Shown here piece after piece: positions 40,719 to 51,065 of a stretch of DNA of 64,000 nucleotides; the first letter of the stretch is position 1, and every line of letters begins with the position of its first letter. The translations under genes and the position numbers were made by a program. The stretch comes from Candidatus Cloacimonadales bacterium (GTDB lineage: Bacteria > Cloacimonadota > Cloacimonadia > Cloacimonadales > JAFGVF01), in contig OY759729.1 of the NCBI GenBank assembly GCA_963662585.1, positions 480,001 through 544,000 of the forward strand. Reading direction: 5' to 3'. The notes beneath the pieces are model-generated. The model made no database searches. It had not been told where the DNA came from and saw nothing but the letters and a program-made list of their open reading frames with translations.

Positions 40719-41630
40719 ATGGATTATCAAGAGGCATTAAATAAAGTTTATAGCATTATTAAAGAGCAAGCAATAATTGGTCATGTTGCAGATTATATTC
40801 CAGAATTAGCAAAAGTTGATCCTAATATTTTTGGAGTTCATCTTCTTACAGTAAATAGTGATAATTACTCCTTAGGACAGAATGACTTAAGTTTTTCTGT
40901 GCAAAGTATAGTTAAAGTTTTGTCGCTGACCTTAGCCTTGGAATTTGAAAAGGATAAATTATGGGAAAGAGTCAACATGGAACCTTCAGGAAATCCTTTC
41001 AATTCGGTGGTTCAGTTGGAATATGAGAATGGAATACCCCGCAATCCTTTCATTAATGCTGGAGCTATTGTAATATGTGATATACTTTTAGACCATCTTA
41101 AAAATCCTGCTGAAAATTTCTTAGGCTTCGTCAGAAGATTAACCAATAATCAAAAAATACAATATAGTCAGAAAATTGCTGATTCGGAGAAAGCAACTGG
41201 TTTTCGCAACTATGCCTTAGCAAACTTTATAAAAGCACATAATAATCTAAAAAATAATATTGATGCTGTAATGAATTTCTATTTCACAATCTGCTCTTTG
41301 GAATTAAGCTGTCAAGACTTATGCAATGCTTTTATTCTCTTTGCCAACAGAGGGAAACTCCTCTCAGGTGAAAGAGTTATTACTGTCAGTCAATCTAAAA
41401 GAATTAATGCTATTATGCAGACTTGTGGATTCTATGATCAAGCTGGCTTATTCTCCTACAAAATAGGCTTGCCAGGGAAAAGTGGTGTTGGCGGAGGGAT
41501 AATAGCTGTTCATCCAGGAAATTATGCCATTGCGGTTTATAGCCCTAGGCTTAATGATAAAGGCAATTCTGTATTAGGCATGAAGTTTTTAGAAGAGTTC
41601 ACCACATTAACAGAAGTTTCTATATTTTAG
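40719..41630 (+). CDS. glsA: Glutaminase
   Basis: YIPELA, QSIVK, EPSGNPFNS, NPFINAGA, GKSGVGGG. Confidence 0.95.
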   Translation: MDYQEALNKVYSIIKEQAIIGHVADYIPELAKVDPNIFGVHLLTVNSDNYSLGQNDLSFSVQSIVKVLSLTLALEFEKDKLWERVNMEPSGNPFNSVVQLEYENGIPRNPFINAGAIVICDILLDHLKNPAENFLGFVRRLTNNQKIQYSQKIADSEKATGFRNYALANFIKAHNNLKNNIDAVMNFYFTICSLELSCQDLCNAFILFANRGKLLSGERVITVSQSKRINAIMQTCGFYDQAGLFSYKIGLPGKSGVGGGIIAVHPGNYAIAVYSPRLNDKGNSVLGMKFLEEFTTLTEVSIF

Positions 41631-41773
41631 GGATATCACAAAAGATACTTCTGTCTAACCGCTTTCCTTCAGTAGCTTTAGCTAAGTAGCCAGCTTAGTA
41701 TTCACAAGAAAAATTATAGGGTTAGGCGAGAAGATTTTCTACATTGTGGGTTAAAATATTTACTTCATCTGAC

Positions 41774-41803
41774 AAAAAGCTCCGAATGGGGCTCGGAGCT
41801 TTT
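41774..41803. terminator. Bidirectional terminator between glsA and GLUG paralog A
   Basis: AAAAGCTCCGA...TCGGAGCTTTT; related copy at 44459-44485. Confidence 0.8.
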
Positions 41804-41829
41804 CATCATTTGGATTTGTTTTTATTGGA

Positions 41830-44376
41830 CTATTTCATAAGAATCATTTTATTAGTTTTATTATAACTATTAGATATTAACTTATAGAGATATACACCAG
41901 AAGCAACATTCTTATTGTTATCATCTTTGGCATTCCAGACAAGACTATGTTGACCTGGTAAGAAATTAGTGTAAGATTTTACTACTTGACCTTTTAAGTT
42001 ATAAATAACTAAGGACGCCAGATCATTTTCTTTCACATTAAAATTGATAGTAGTTTCAGGATTGAATGGATTTGGATAAGCTGCGAATAGACTTGTTGCT
42101 GTAGGTAGAACATTATTATTAAGCTCAGACTCTATTCTCACACTTACAGGTCCGTAAAGTTTATTTTCGTTACTTAATTCTACACTCTCTAACCAGTAAT
42201 AATAAGTGGTTTCAGTTTCAATTTCACTATCAACAAATGAGTACTTAGAACCACTAGCATAGTTATTAGCTGAGATTATATTAGTATTAACTCTTTGTGA
42301 TGTTTCAGAATTTTCTCTTTCATTGCGATAAATATTATAACCTAAAAGATTTGATTCAGATGCTGTTTCCCAAGAGATTTGAGCAAAGTTATCTGCTGTG
42401 GCAATAGCATTGAAGGAGGAGAGTTCTACTGGGAGGGTAAAGTCATCATTATTTGTTATTACGATGTCTTTGTCTCCTTTTGAACCATCATAGTTGTAAA
42501 TAATAAATAGCGTACCTCCAAAAATTACCCAAAAATCCTCTTCTAAAGAAGGGTCAAAAGGATCTAATTCAGTCTCACCAATATATACATGAGAAATTTC
42601 AGCTAACTCAGGATAAATGACTTGAATATTATAAATTCCTGTAATATCAAAGTTATAAGTAAATGCAGCTATTGGTTGATATGCAAAACCCTCTGTTGGT
42701 AGGTTTTCTAAAATGACAGGAACATGAGGAGTTGCATTATCTGGAATATTAATACTTATTCCCGCTATAGGGTTACTTTCACTAGGTATTTCTGGTTGAA
42801 TTTCTACATTAGTTGCAAACATATATTCTTGTGGTTCTGTAGTAGGATATGATTTTACATTATTTATTTTATAATAAGGAGTAACAGTCCATCTTACTGT
42901 AGCTGAATAAGGAAGTTCTCCACCAGGAAGATCAGTAAAGGAGAAAACTACACGAGATTCTTCATTTTCTACATTTCCAATGATAGTATCGATTTCTGTT
43001 TCAACTTGAATAGTAACTCTAACATCATATCCTCTAGTGAAACCAACTAGTTGAGGAATAGCATCCCAAGATAAAGAAACATCTGTTGCTTCATTCCATT
43101 GTCCGTCTGTAGGCAATATATTTAATATAACATGAGGAACTTCGATACTTTCATTAAAGGCATCTTCTAAATTAGTTAAATAAGGGAAACCATCATTGAT
43201 TTCACTATTTAATGTCCAATAATCATTTTCACCATTAGCACTTTCATCAACAAAATCCCAATCTGAGTCTATAAATGTAGCTAAAGTTCGTAACTCTTCA
43301 GTAGTTTTACCTATAGCTATAGGTGAAGTTGCTACACCTGCTGTAGTAGAATTCCAGAAAGAATTTGTGCAAGTTGTAGAAAATGCAGAGCTTGTGAAAG
43401 CTCCAACAGAGCTTTCTATAGATGTGACTGAACCAAGACTATAACAGTTATCAACAATTACTCTATTAAACCTTCCTGAAAAAGAACCAACTATACTAGT
43501 TCCTTGTACATTTCCTGAAGCGTAGCAGTTGCTTATTGTAAGTCGATTTGAAGGATTGGTACCATACATATTACCTCTTCAGTAGTTTTACCTATAGCTA
43601 TAGGTGAAGTTGCTACACCTGCTGTAGTAGAATTCAAACGCTCCTACAGACTCATCTCCACTTACATCTCCAGTTGCAAAACATTCACTAATAGAAGTCA
43701 TTTGATAAGCATATCCAACTAAACCGCCTGAATTGGCTCCTGTATTTTGAACATCACCTGTAGCATAACTCTTGGTTAAAGTAGTGTTTGTTTTGCTATA
43801 TCCAATCAGACCACCTACAGATGCTGTTCCATTTACAGAACATTCGGAAAAAGTATTTTCTACACTTGTATTAGTAACAATATATCCAATCAATCCACCA
43901 ACATAGAGTGTTCCTGTAACAGAACCAGTAGAATAACAATTTTCAATAGTGCAAGTTATTGCTTCTCCTACAAGGGCACCAGTATAATAGGTTCCTGTTA
44001 TTTGGCAATCTTTCAATCCAAGGTTTTTGATGGTAGCATTATCACCTTTTCCAAACAATGCTTGATTGCCAGAAGACCTAGAGATAAAGAGGTTAGATAT
44101 AAATTTATTGTTACCATCATATATTCCTAGAAAATTGGCAATAGGATTATAGCCTGCCCCACCATTTAAAGTGGAAGAATCAGAAGCATCGATGTTTCCA
44201 GTTTGCTGGATATAAGTTCCAGAAGCCCAATAAGAGCTAGTAGAAGATAGGGTAACAAGGTCAGCAAAATCTTCTACTAAATAAGGATTATCAGATGTAC
44301 CAGCTCCAGTAAGAGTCTGACTAAAAAGTGACAATCCAAAAACAACTAACAAAAGTGATAAAATAAGTTTTTTCAT
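41830..44376 (-). pseudogene. GLUG-repeat secreted CTD protein, paralog A, split by a frame-preserving insertion carrying two stops
   Basis: ORFs 43588-44376 and 41830-43569 share a frame; 43575-43635 is an exact copy of 43294-43354 read out of frame (TAA 43588-90, TGA 43579-81); LPVELSSF and AYPNPFNP CTD. Confidence 0.85.
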
Positions 44377-44458
44377 AATTTTCTCCTTTATATTTTTTTA
44401 ATTTTCAAACGAAATCATTAACTAATGTATTATAGCATTATTAACTGTTAACCAGAGA

Positions 44459-44485
44459 AGAAGGCTCCGAAAGCTCGGAGCTTTT
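44459..44485. terminator. Terminator of paralog B
   Basis: AAGGCTCCGA aagc TCGGAGCTTTT. Confidence 0.7.
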
Positions 44486-44513
44486 CTTCATTTGGATTTG
44501 TTTTTATTGGATA

Positions 44514-47239
44514 CTATTTCATAAGAATCATTTTATTAGTTTTATTATAACTATTAGATATTAACTTATAGAGATATACACCAGAAGCAACATTCTTATT
44601 GTTATTATCTTTGGCATTCCAGACAAGACTATGTTGACCTGGTAAGAAATTAGTGTAAGATTTTACTACTTGACCTTTTAAGTTATAAATAACTAAGGAA
44701 GCCAGATCATTTTCTTTCACATTAAAATTGATAGTAGTTTCAGGATTGAATGGATTTGGATAAGCTGCGAATAGACTTGTTGCTGTAGGTAGAACATTAT
44801 TATTAAGCTCAGACTCTATTCTCACACTTACAGGTCCGTAAAGGTTATTTTCGTTACTTAATTCTACACTCTCTAACCAGTAATAATAAGTGGTTTCAGT
44901 TTCAATTTCACTATCAACAAATGAGTACTTAGAACCACTAGCATAGTTATTAGCTGAGATTATATTAGCATTAACTCTTTGTGATGTTTCAGAATTTTCT
45001 CTTTCATTGCGATAAATATTATAACCTAAGAGATTTGATTCAGAAGCTGTTTCCCAAGAGATTTGAGCAAAGTTATCTGCTGTGGTAATAGCATTGAAAG
45101 ATGAGAGTTCTACTGGGAGGGTAAAGTCATCATTATTGTTATTACGATGTCTTTGTCGTTACTTAATTCTACACTCTCTCCTTTTGAACCATCATAGTTG
45201 TAAACAATATATAGCCTACTTTCCATAATTATCCAGATATCCACTTCTGAAGAACCGTCATAAAGATCTAATTCAGTCCCACCAATATATACATGAGAAA
45301 TTTCATCTAACTCAGGATAAAAGATTTGAATAATATAAATATCTGTAATATCAAAGTTATAAGTAAATGCAGCTATTGGTTGATATGCAAAACCCTCTGT
45401 TGGTAGGTTTTCTAAAATGACAGGAACATGAGGAGTTGCATTATCTGGAATATCAATACTTATTCCCTCTATAGGGTTACTTTCATTAGGTTCTTCTGGT
45501 TGAATTCCTGCATTTGTTGTAAACATGTATTCCTGTGGATCTGTAGTAGGATATGATTTTTCATTATCTATTTTATAATAAGGAGTAACAGCCCATCTTA
45601 CTATAGCTGAATAAGGAAGTTCTCCACCAGGAAGATCAGTAAAGTAAAAAACTATTGAAGATTCTTCATTTTCTACATTTCCAATGATAGTATCGATTGC
45701 TGTTTCAACTTGAATAGTAACTCTAACATCATATCCTCTAGTGAAACCAACTACTTGAGGAATAGCACCCCAAGATATAGGAGCATCTGTTGTTTCATTC
45801 CATTGTCCGTCTGTAGGCAATATATTTGTTGTAACATGAGGACAAACTATAGATGCAGGAATAAGATCTTCTGCCCAAGTTAAGTAAGGGTAACCCATGT
45901 TTCTACTGGCATCCATCTTCCAATTATCTTCATCTCCATTAATACTCTCTCCTAGAAAATCCCAAGTAGCATTTGTGAAAGTTGTCAATGTTTTCATTTC
46001 TTCACTTGATTTTGCAATACCAATAGTTGAAGTAGATACTTGAGATGTATTATAATCCCAGAATGAATTTTCACAAGTGTAGCTACCATCTCCATAAGCA
46101 AAACCATCTTTAGGAGCTCCTGAAGAGACAGTTAACTCTCCTATTGAATAGCAATTGTCAATATCAACAGAAGTACAATATCCCATAAAACCATTAGCAA
46201 AAGCTATAGCTTCAACATCCCCCAAAGCATAGCAGTTACTTATTTCTACATTTACAGATGCAGTACCAGTTATTCCACCAGCAAAAGCACCAGCAGTTTG
46301 GTCATAACTTGTTACATCTCCAGTTGCATAACAAGCTCTTAAATAAGCGATTCCTTCTGCATTGCCAATTAACCCACCTATTCTATTACCTCCAGTAACA
46401 TCACCACTGGCATAACAAGAATCTATCGTAGTAGATTGACTTGCATATCCAACTATACCACCTGAATATCTGTTACCTACAACATTTGCTGTTGAAGTAC
46501 AGTGGGAAATATCAGAACTAAAGTTTGAAAAAGCAACAATACCACCCCAGTTATATTTATTGTTATTTTGGTTGATTCTTGAGATTGTTCCAGCCGAAGA
46601 ACAGTCCCTAATTGTAGTATTTCCTGCAGTAGCAAGACAACCTCCAACCTGACTATCTCCTGTAATTGTTCCAATCATAGAGCAGTTAATCATTGAAGAA
46701 TTTCCTAGATAACCAGCTATACCTCCAATATTTTGGGTACCAGTAACACTTCCATGAACTGAACAGTTTTTTATGGTTAATCCATTTGATGATTTTCCTA
46801 CTATTGCACCAACATAATTAATTCCGCTGATGTCTGCATTTATCATGCTAACATTGGAAATACTTGCATTAATACAGAATCCGAAAAGACCTTGTTCGTC
46901 AGCAGCTCTATCAATGTTCAAGTTCTGAATTTCAAAATCTTGGCCATCATAATGACCAAAGAAAGGTGAGGATGAATTTCCAATAGGAAGGAAACCTTCA
47001 CCAGCATTTAAGTCAGCTGAACTAGAAGCATCAATCACACCAGTTTGCTGGATATAAGTTCCAGAAGCCCAATAAGAGCTAGTAGAAGATAGGGTAACAA
47101 GGTCAGCAAAATCTTCAATTAAATAAGGGTTGTCAGAAGTACCAGCTCCACTAAGACCAGTTGGTGGAAGATATTTGTCTAAACCAAAAAGCGACATACA
47201 TAAAACAACTAATAAAAGTGATAAGATAAGTTTTTTCAT
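44514..47239 (-). pseudogene. GLUG-repeat secreted CTD protein, paralog B, frameshifted near 45136
   Basis: Compared with paralog A: 1-nt deletion (CATTATTGTT vs CATTATTTGTT) and a net 21-nt insertion (ESVELSN) at 45156-45179 copied from 44851-44874; the 3' part is near-identical to A. Confidence 0.85.
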
Positions 47240-47665
47240 TTTTTTCTCCTTTACTTTTTTTTAAAATTTTTAAAAACAAAATCCTTTCACTGATATATAA
47301 TAGCAATATTACTTCCAAATAAATGCATTATAAAAAAAAAGTGTGTAAGTAGTTTAAAAATAAGGATATATATTTTTTTAAAGGGAAAAGGTTTTTGCCT
47401 ATTTTTTAGTAACAATTAGAATAAGTGCGATTTCGCAGTTCATTATCGCAATGAGTGCGAAAACGAAAGCTCTTACTAAAGCGCTTAATGGCCCTAGTTA
47501 CATACTTACTACATAGCTTCAGCGAAGTAGAAAGCCTTGTGGAAAAAACCGTCCGACAGTTAAGGAATGCTTATCCTCACTGGAGAATACTTACGAATTA
47601 CAAATAATTTTAGCATAATAGCAAATTTTGCATATAATATCATAAAAAAGTAAAGAGGTAAAGAA

Positions 47666-48232
47666 ATGTTAAAATATATAATTCTATTAACTTCGTTAAT
47701 AGTAACAATGCTGGCTTATGCTAAAAGTAATGAGGAAAGTAAAATTGAGGAAAAAAGTTTCTATGATTTTTCAGCAACTTCAATAGATGGCAAAGAAATA
47801 TCAATGTCAGACTACAAAGGAAAAGTTGTGATTGTAGTCAATGTAGCTAGCAAATGTGGCTTTACCCCCCAATATGAGGGTTTGCAAGCGCTATATAATA
47901 AATATGAGAAAGATGGATTGGTTATTCTAGGATTCCCAAGTAATCAGTTCGCTAATCAAGAACCTGCTAGTGATGAAGATATCAAAGAATTTTGCACTTT
48001 GAATTATGGTGTAAGCTTCCCTATGTTTAGTAAAATTGATGTTAATGGAAATGATACTCATCCGCTTTATGTATTTCTGAAGTCACAGCAATCAGGGTTC
48101 CCTGGAGATGCAATTAAATGGAACTTTACCAAGTTTATTGTTGATAAAGAAGGAAATGTTGTGAAAAGAGTTTCTTCTTCTACTAAACCAGAAAAGATGG
48201 AAGATGATATTGTAGAACTTATTAAGAAATAG
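47666..48232 (+). CDS. Cys-type glutathione peroxidase family protein with signal peptide
   Basis: [28 protein letters not shown]. Confidence 0.95.
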   Translation: MLKYIILLTSLIVTMLAYAKSNEESKIEEKSFYDFSATSIDGKEISMSDYKGKVVIVVNVASKCGFTPQYEGLQALYNKYEKDGLVILGFPSNQFANQEPASDEDIKEFCTLNYGVSFPMFSKIDVNGNDTHPLYVFLKSQQSGFPGDAIKWNFTKFIVDKEGNVVKRVSSSTKPEKMEDDIVELIKK

Positions 48233-48266
48233 CAAATAAAAAAACAAGTTTGAGATATAACAGAAT

Positions 48267-48299
48267 AAACAAAACCTTGCTAATGCAAGGTTTTGTTTT
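48267..48299. terminator. Bidirectional terminator
   Basis: AAACAAAACCTTGC taat GCAAGGTTTTGTTT. Confidence 0.85.
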
Positions 48300-48333
48300 A
48301 AGTTATGATATAATTATCAAAATGTGTTTTGTC

Positions 48334-48573
48334 TTAAAAATGTTTACGAGAGAATGCTCTTCCAGAATGAGTTTTGAGATATGATTCAAATGATAGCGCT
48401 TTCTCCTTGGTTTTAAAGGCAAAATAACAGTTTATTTCCCAAGGCTTGAATTTAGATGTAGATTGTACTTCACCATAATTATGCTTTTGGATTCTCTTTT
48501 TTTAGTCAGAAGTATAACCTGTATAATATTTATTTTCATGAGATATACTCTTAAGTATATAAACATAATACAT
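48334..48573 (-). pseudogene. Small GIY-YIG nuclease gene with a premature TAA at codon 24
   Basis: Manual translation MYYVYILKSISHENKYYTGYTSD*KKRIQKHNYGEVQSTSKFKPWEINCYFAFKTKEKALSFESYLKTHSGRAFSRKHF; GAGG RBS. Confidence 0.88.
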
Positions 48574-48732
48574 AATAACCTCATTAATTTATTTATGACA
48601 TATATAAGTATCATATATTGGCTTGCCAAGGCGTAGTAATGAACAAAACGATCATTTATGCTTTGACCGTCTTCGCATCTAATGATGCTACGCCGTGTCA
48701 GTCTTCTCATTCACTTTGTTCATTTCGAAGAC

Positions 48733-48808
48733 TGGTGGAGCATAGCGGGATCGAACCGCTGACCTCTACACTGCCAGTGTAGCGCTCTCCCAGCTGAGCT
48801 AATGCCCC
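48733..48808 (-). tRNA. tRNA-Ala(GGC)
   Basis: GGGGCATTAGCTCAGCTGGGAGAGCGCTACACTGGCAGTGTAGAGGTCAGCGGTTCGATCCCGCTATGCTCCACCA; G3:U70 pair. Confidence 0.97.
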
Positions 48809-48861
48809 ACAGCTGATTTCAAAAAATATAATTACTTAAAAGTTGTCAATATTTATTTATC

Positions 48862-49659
48862 CTATTCTGAAGATTCTTTGATACTATTTAGAACAATTCC
48901 TCGCTCAGAAGATTTAGCAAATTCAATAAATTCTCTCTGGTAATCTGTTAAGTTCTCTAATGATTCAGCTTGAGTAATTGCCTGAGAAACATTTAAGCCA
49001 GAACGATAGAATATTCTGAAAATCTCTTTAATCTCAGTAATATCTTCAGGAGAGAAACCACGGCGTTGTAAGCCAACACTATTTATTCCACCTAAATGAT
49101 AATCAGTACCTTGACCACGAGTAAAAGGAGGAATATCTTTCTTAATCTGGGAAGCTCCTCCCACAAAAGCATATCTACCAACTTTTACAAACTGATTGGC
49201 AGCACACATTCCACTTACTATTGCATGATCTAAAACATGGACATGTCCTGCAAAAGTAGTTGCACTTGAGATAATTACATTATTGCCAATCTGACAATTG
49301 TGAGCAATGTGCACATAAGACATAATCAAGTTATTATCACCTACATTTGTATCTTCGTCTAAGCCATTAGAGGCGTTTATAGTAACATACTCTCTAATAG
49401 TGTTATTACTTCCGATATTAACTCTAGTTGGCTCACCTTTATACTTAAGATCTTGAGGTTTAGTGCCAATACAAGCAAAAGGATAAAATTGATTATTATC
49501 TCCAATCCTTGTGTTACCATCAATCACAACATGAGATTGTAGATGATTATTATCCCCCAGCACGACATTTTCAGAAATAACACAATATGGACCAACCACG
49601 GTATTTTTACCGATTTTAGCACCTTCTTTAATAATTGCTGTTGGATGTATCATTTTCAT
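48862..49659 (-). CDS. lpxA: UDP-N-acetylglucosamine O-acyltransferase
   Basis: IHPTAII, hexapeptide repeats, PQDLKYKGE, HIAHNC. Confidence 0.95.
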   Translation of the reverse strand: MKMIHPTAIIKEGAKIGKNTVVGPYCVISENVVLGDNNHLQSHVVIDGNTRIGDNNQFYPFACIGTKPQDLKYKGEPTRVNIGSNNTIREYVTINASNGLDEDTNVGDNNLIMSYVHIAHNCQIGNNVIISSATTFAGHVHVLDHAIVSGMCAANQFVKVGRYAFVGGASQIKKDIPPFTRGQGTDYHLGGINSVGLQRRGFSPEDITEIKEIFRIFYRSGLNVSQAITQAESLENLTDYQREFIEFAKSSERGIVLNSIKESSE

Positions 49660-49668
49660 AATATGCCC

Positions 49669-51060
49669 CTATTTCTTCATTAATTTAGCGAGGAAGTCAC
49701 CTTCACAAACTTTTGTATTTCCCACATAAGCATCACCATGCATTTTAGTGATTGTAGCTTTCAAGGAGATTACTTTCATTTCAAATCTAAGAATATCACC
49801 AGGTAATACTGGTTTTCTAAATTTAACATTATCAATAGAAGCAAAATAAGCAACATAGTTTTCAGGATCATTTAGCTGATTCAAGAGCATTATTCCACCT
49901 GTTTGTGCCATTGCTTCTACAATAATTACACCTGGCATAACAGGATGTTCAGGGAAGTGTCCTTGGAAAAATGGTTCATTCATAGTAACATTCTTGATAC
50001 CTACAATGAGTTTTCCTGGTATAAATTCAATAATTTTATCTACAAATAAGAATGGATATCTATGGGGAAGAATCTTCTGAATTGCGTTAATATCAAAGAC
50101 GATATCTTCAGTTCTCTTCTTTTGGAACATCTTCTGTAATTCATTCTTTCTCTGGATAGAACGAAGTTTTTTTACTAATTCAACATTAGTCTTGTGACCT
50201 GAACGAGCAGCTAAGATGTGTCCTTTTATTGGTAAACCAAGCAAGGCTATATCACCAATAACATCCAATACTTTATGCCTAACAAATTCATTATAATATC
50301 TTAAAGAACTTGTATTAAGAATACCTTCAGAAGTTACTTCAATATCTTTATGATAATTAAAAGTATCTTTCAAATTACTCAATTCTTCAGTAGTCATATT
50401 TGGTTCACCAATTACAACTGCATTCTCCAAAGAACCACCCTTAATAAGATTCTTCTCTTTTAGATAAAGAATTTCATTAATGAAACAGAAGGTTCTAGCT
50501 TTAGAAAATTCTTCTTCAAAGCATGACATGTTTGGTAACCAAGTATATTGGGTACCTAAATAGGGATGGTGATAATCAATTAGGAAAGTAACTTTTAGTT
50601 CATTAGAAGGGACAATAACAATATCGACATTATCTTCTGGAGCTGAGAAATTGATAGGTTTATCAAATTCAAAATATTCTCTAACAGAATCCTGTTGCTT
50701 TACCCCAACTTGTTTGATAAGTTGAATAAAAGGATAAGCAGAACCATCTGCAACTGGTGCTTCAGGTCCATCAATTTCAATAGTTATATTATCAATATCC
50801 ATACCTTTTACTGCAGCAAGGACATGTTCAATAGTTCCTACAGAGGCATCTTTAATTCCTATGGTTGTTCCGCGCGAGATATCAACAACATGGTCTATAT
50901 CTGCTGGAATAATTGGTTTTCCTGGCATATCAACACGGACAAACCTAATTCCATCATCACTAGCTGCGGGTTTAAAAGTTATTGTAGAAATTATCCCTGA
51001 ATGTAATCCGATACCAGTATAACTGATACTTCCTGCTATTGTTTTTTTAAAATCACTCAT
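49669..51060 (-). CDS. lpxC-fabZ: Bifunctional LpxC deacetylase / FabZ dehydratase
   Basis: GIGLHSG, TIEH, HKVLD, then LPHRYPFLFVD and GHFP..PVMPGV..EAMAQ. Confidence 0.95.
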   Translation of the reverse strand: MSDFKKTIAGSISYTGIGLHSGIISTITFKPAASDDGIRFVRVDMPGKPIIPADIDHVVDISRGTTIGIKDASVGTIEHVLAAVKGMDIDNITIEIDGPEAPVADGSAYPFIQLIKQVGVKQQDSVREYFEFDKPINFSAPEDNVDIVIVPSNELKVTFLIDYHHPYLGTQYTWLPNMSCFEEEFSKARTFCFINEILYLKEKNLIKGGSLENAVVIGEPNMTTEELSNLKDTFNYHKDIEVTSEGILNTSSLRYYNEFVRHKVLDVIGDIALLGLPIKGHILAARSGHKTNVELVKKLRSIQRKNELQKMFQKKRTEDIVFDINAIQKILPHRYPFLFVDKIIEFIPGKLIVGIKNVTMNEPFFQGHFPEHPVMPGVIIVEAMAQTGGIMLLNQLNDPENYVAYFASIDNVKFRKPVLPGDILRFEMKVISLKATITKMHGDAYVGNTKVCEGDFLAKLMKK

Positions 51061-51065
51061 ATTAT

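Noticed and set aside
43575..43635. Selenocysteine or pyrrolysine readthrough, or an intron, in paralog A
   Set aside because: The first stop is TAA and the insert is an exact out-of-frame copy of nearby coding sequence; no splicing structure is evident.
41830..47239. Diversity-generating retroelement (TR/VR pair)
   Set aside because: No reverse transcriptase in the window, and differences between repeat copies are not adenine-specific.
40533..47340. Phase-variable homopolymers upstream of the M6 gene (T11 at 40533) and paralog B (A9 at 47332)
   Set aside because: Such runs are plausible by chance in these very AT-rich gaps and I could not place them in a convincing promoter spacer.
47666..48232. 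Selenocysteine glutathione peroxidase
   Set aside because: The active-site codon is TGT (Cys) and the ORF is uninterrupted.
48432..48710. 92 aa ORF from the track
   Set aside because: It overlaps the GIY-YIG pseudogene in another frame, and that frame has the RBS and family motifs.
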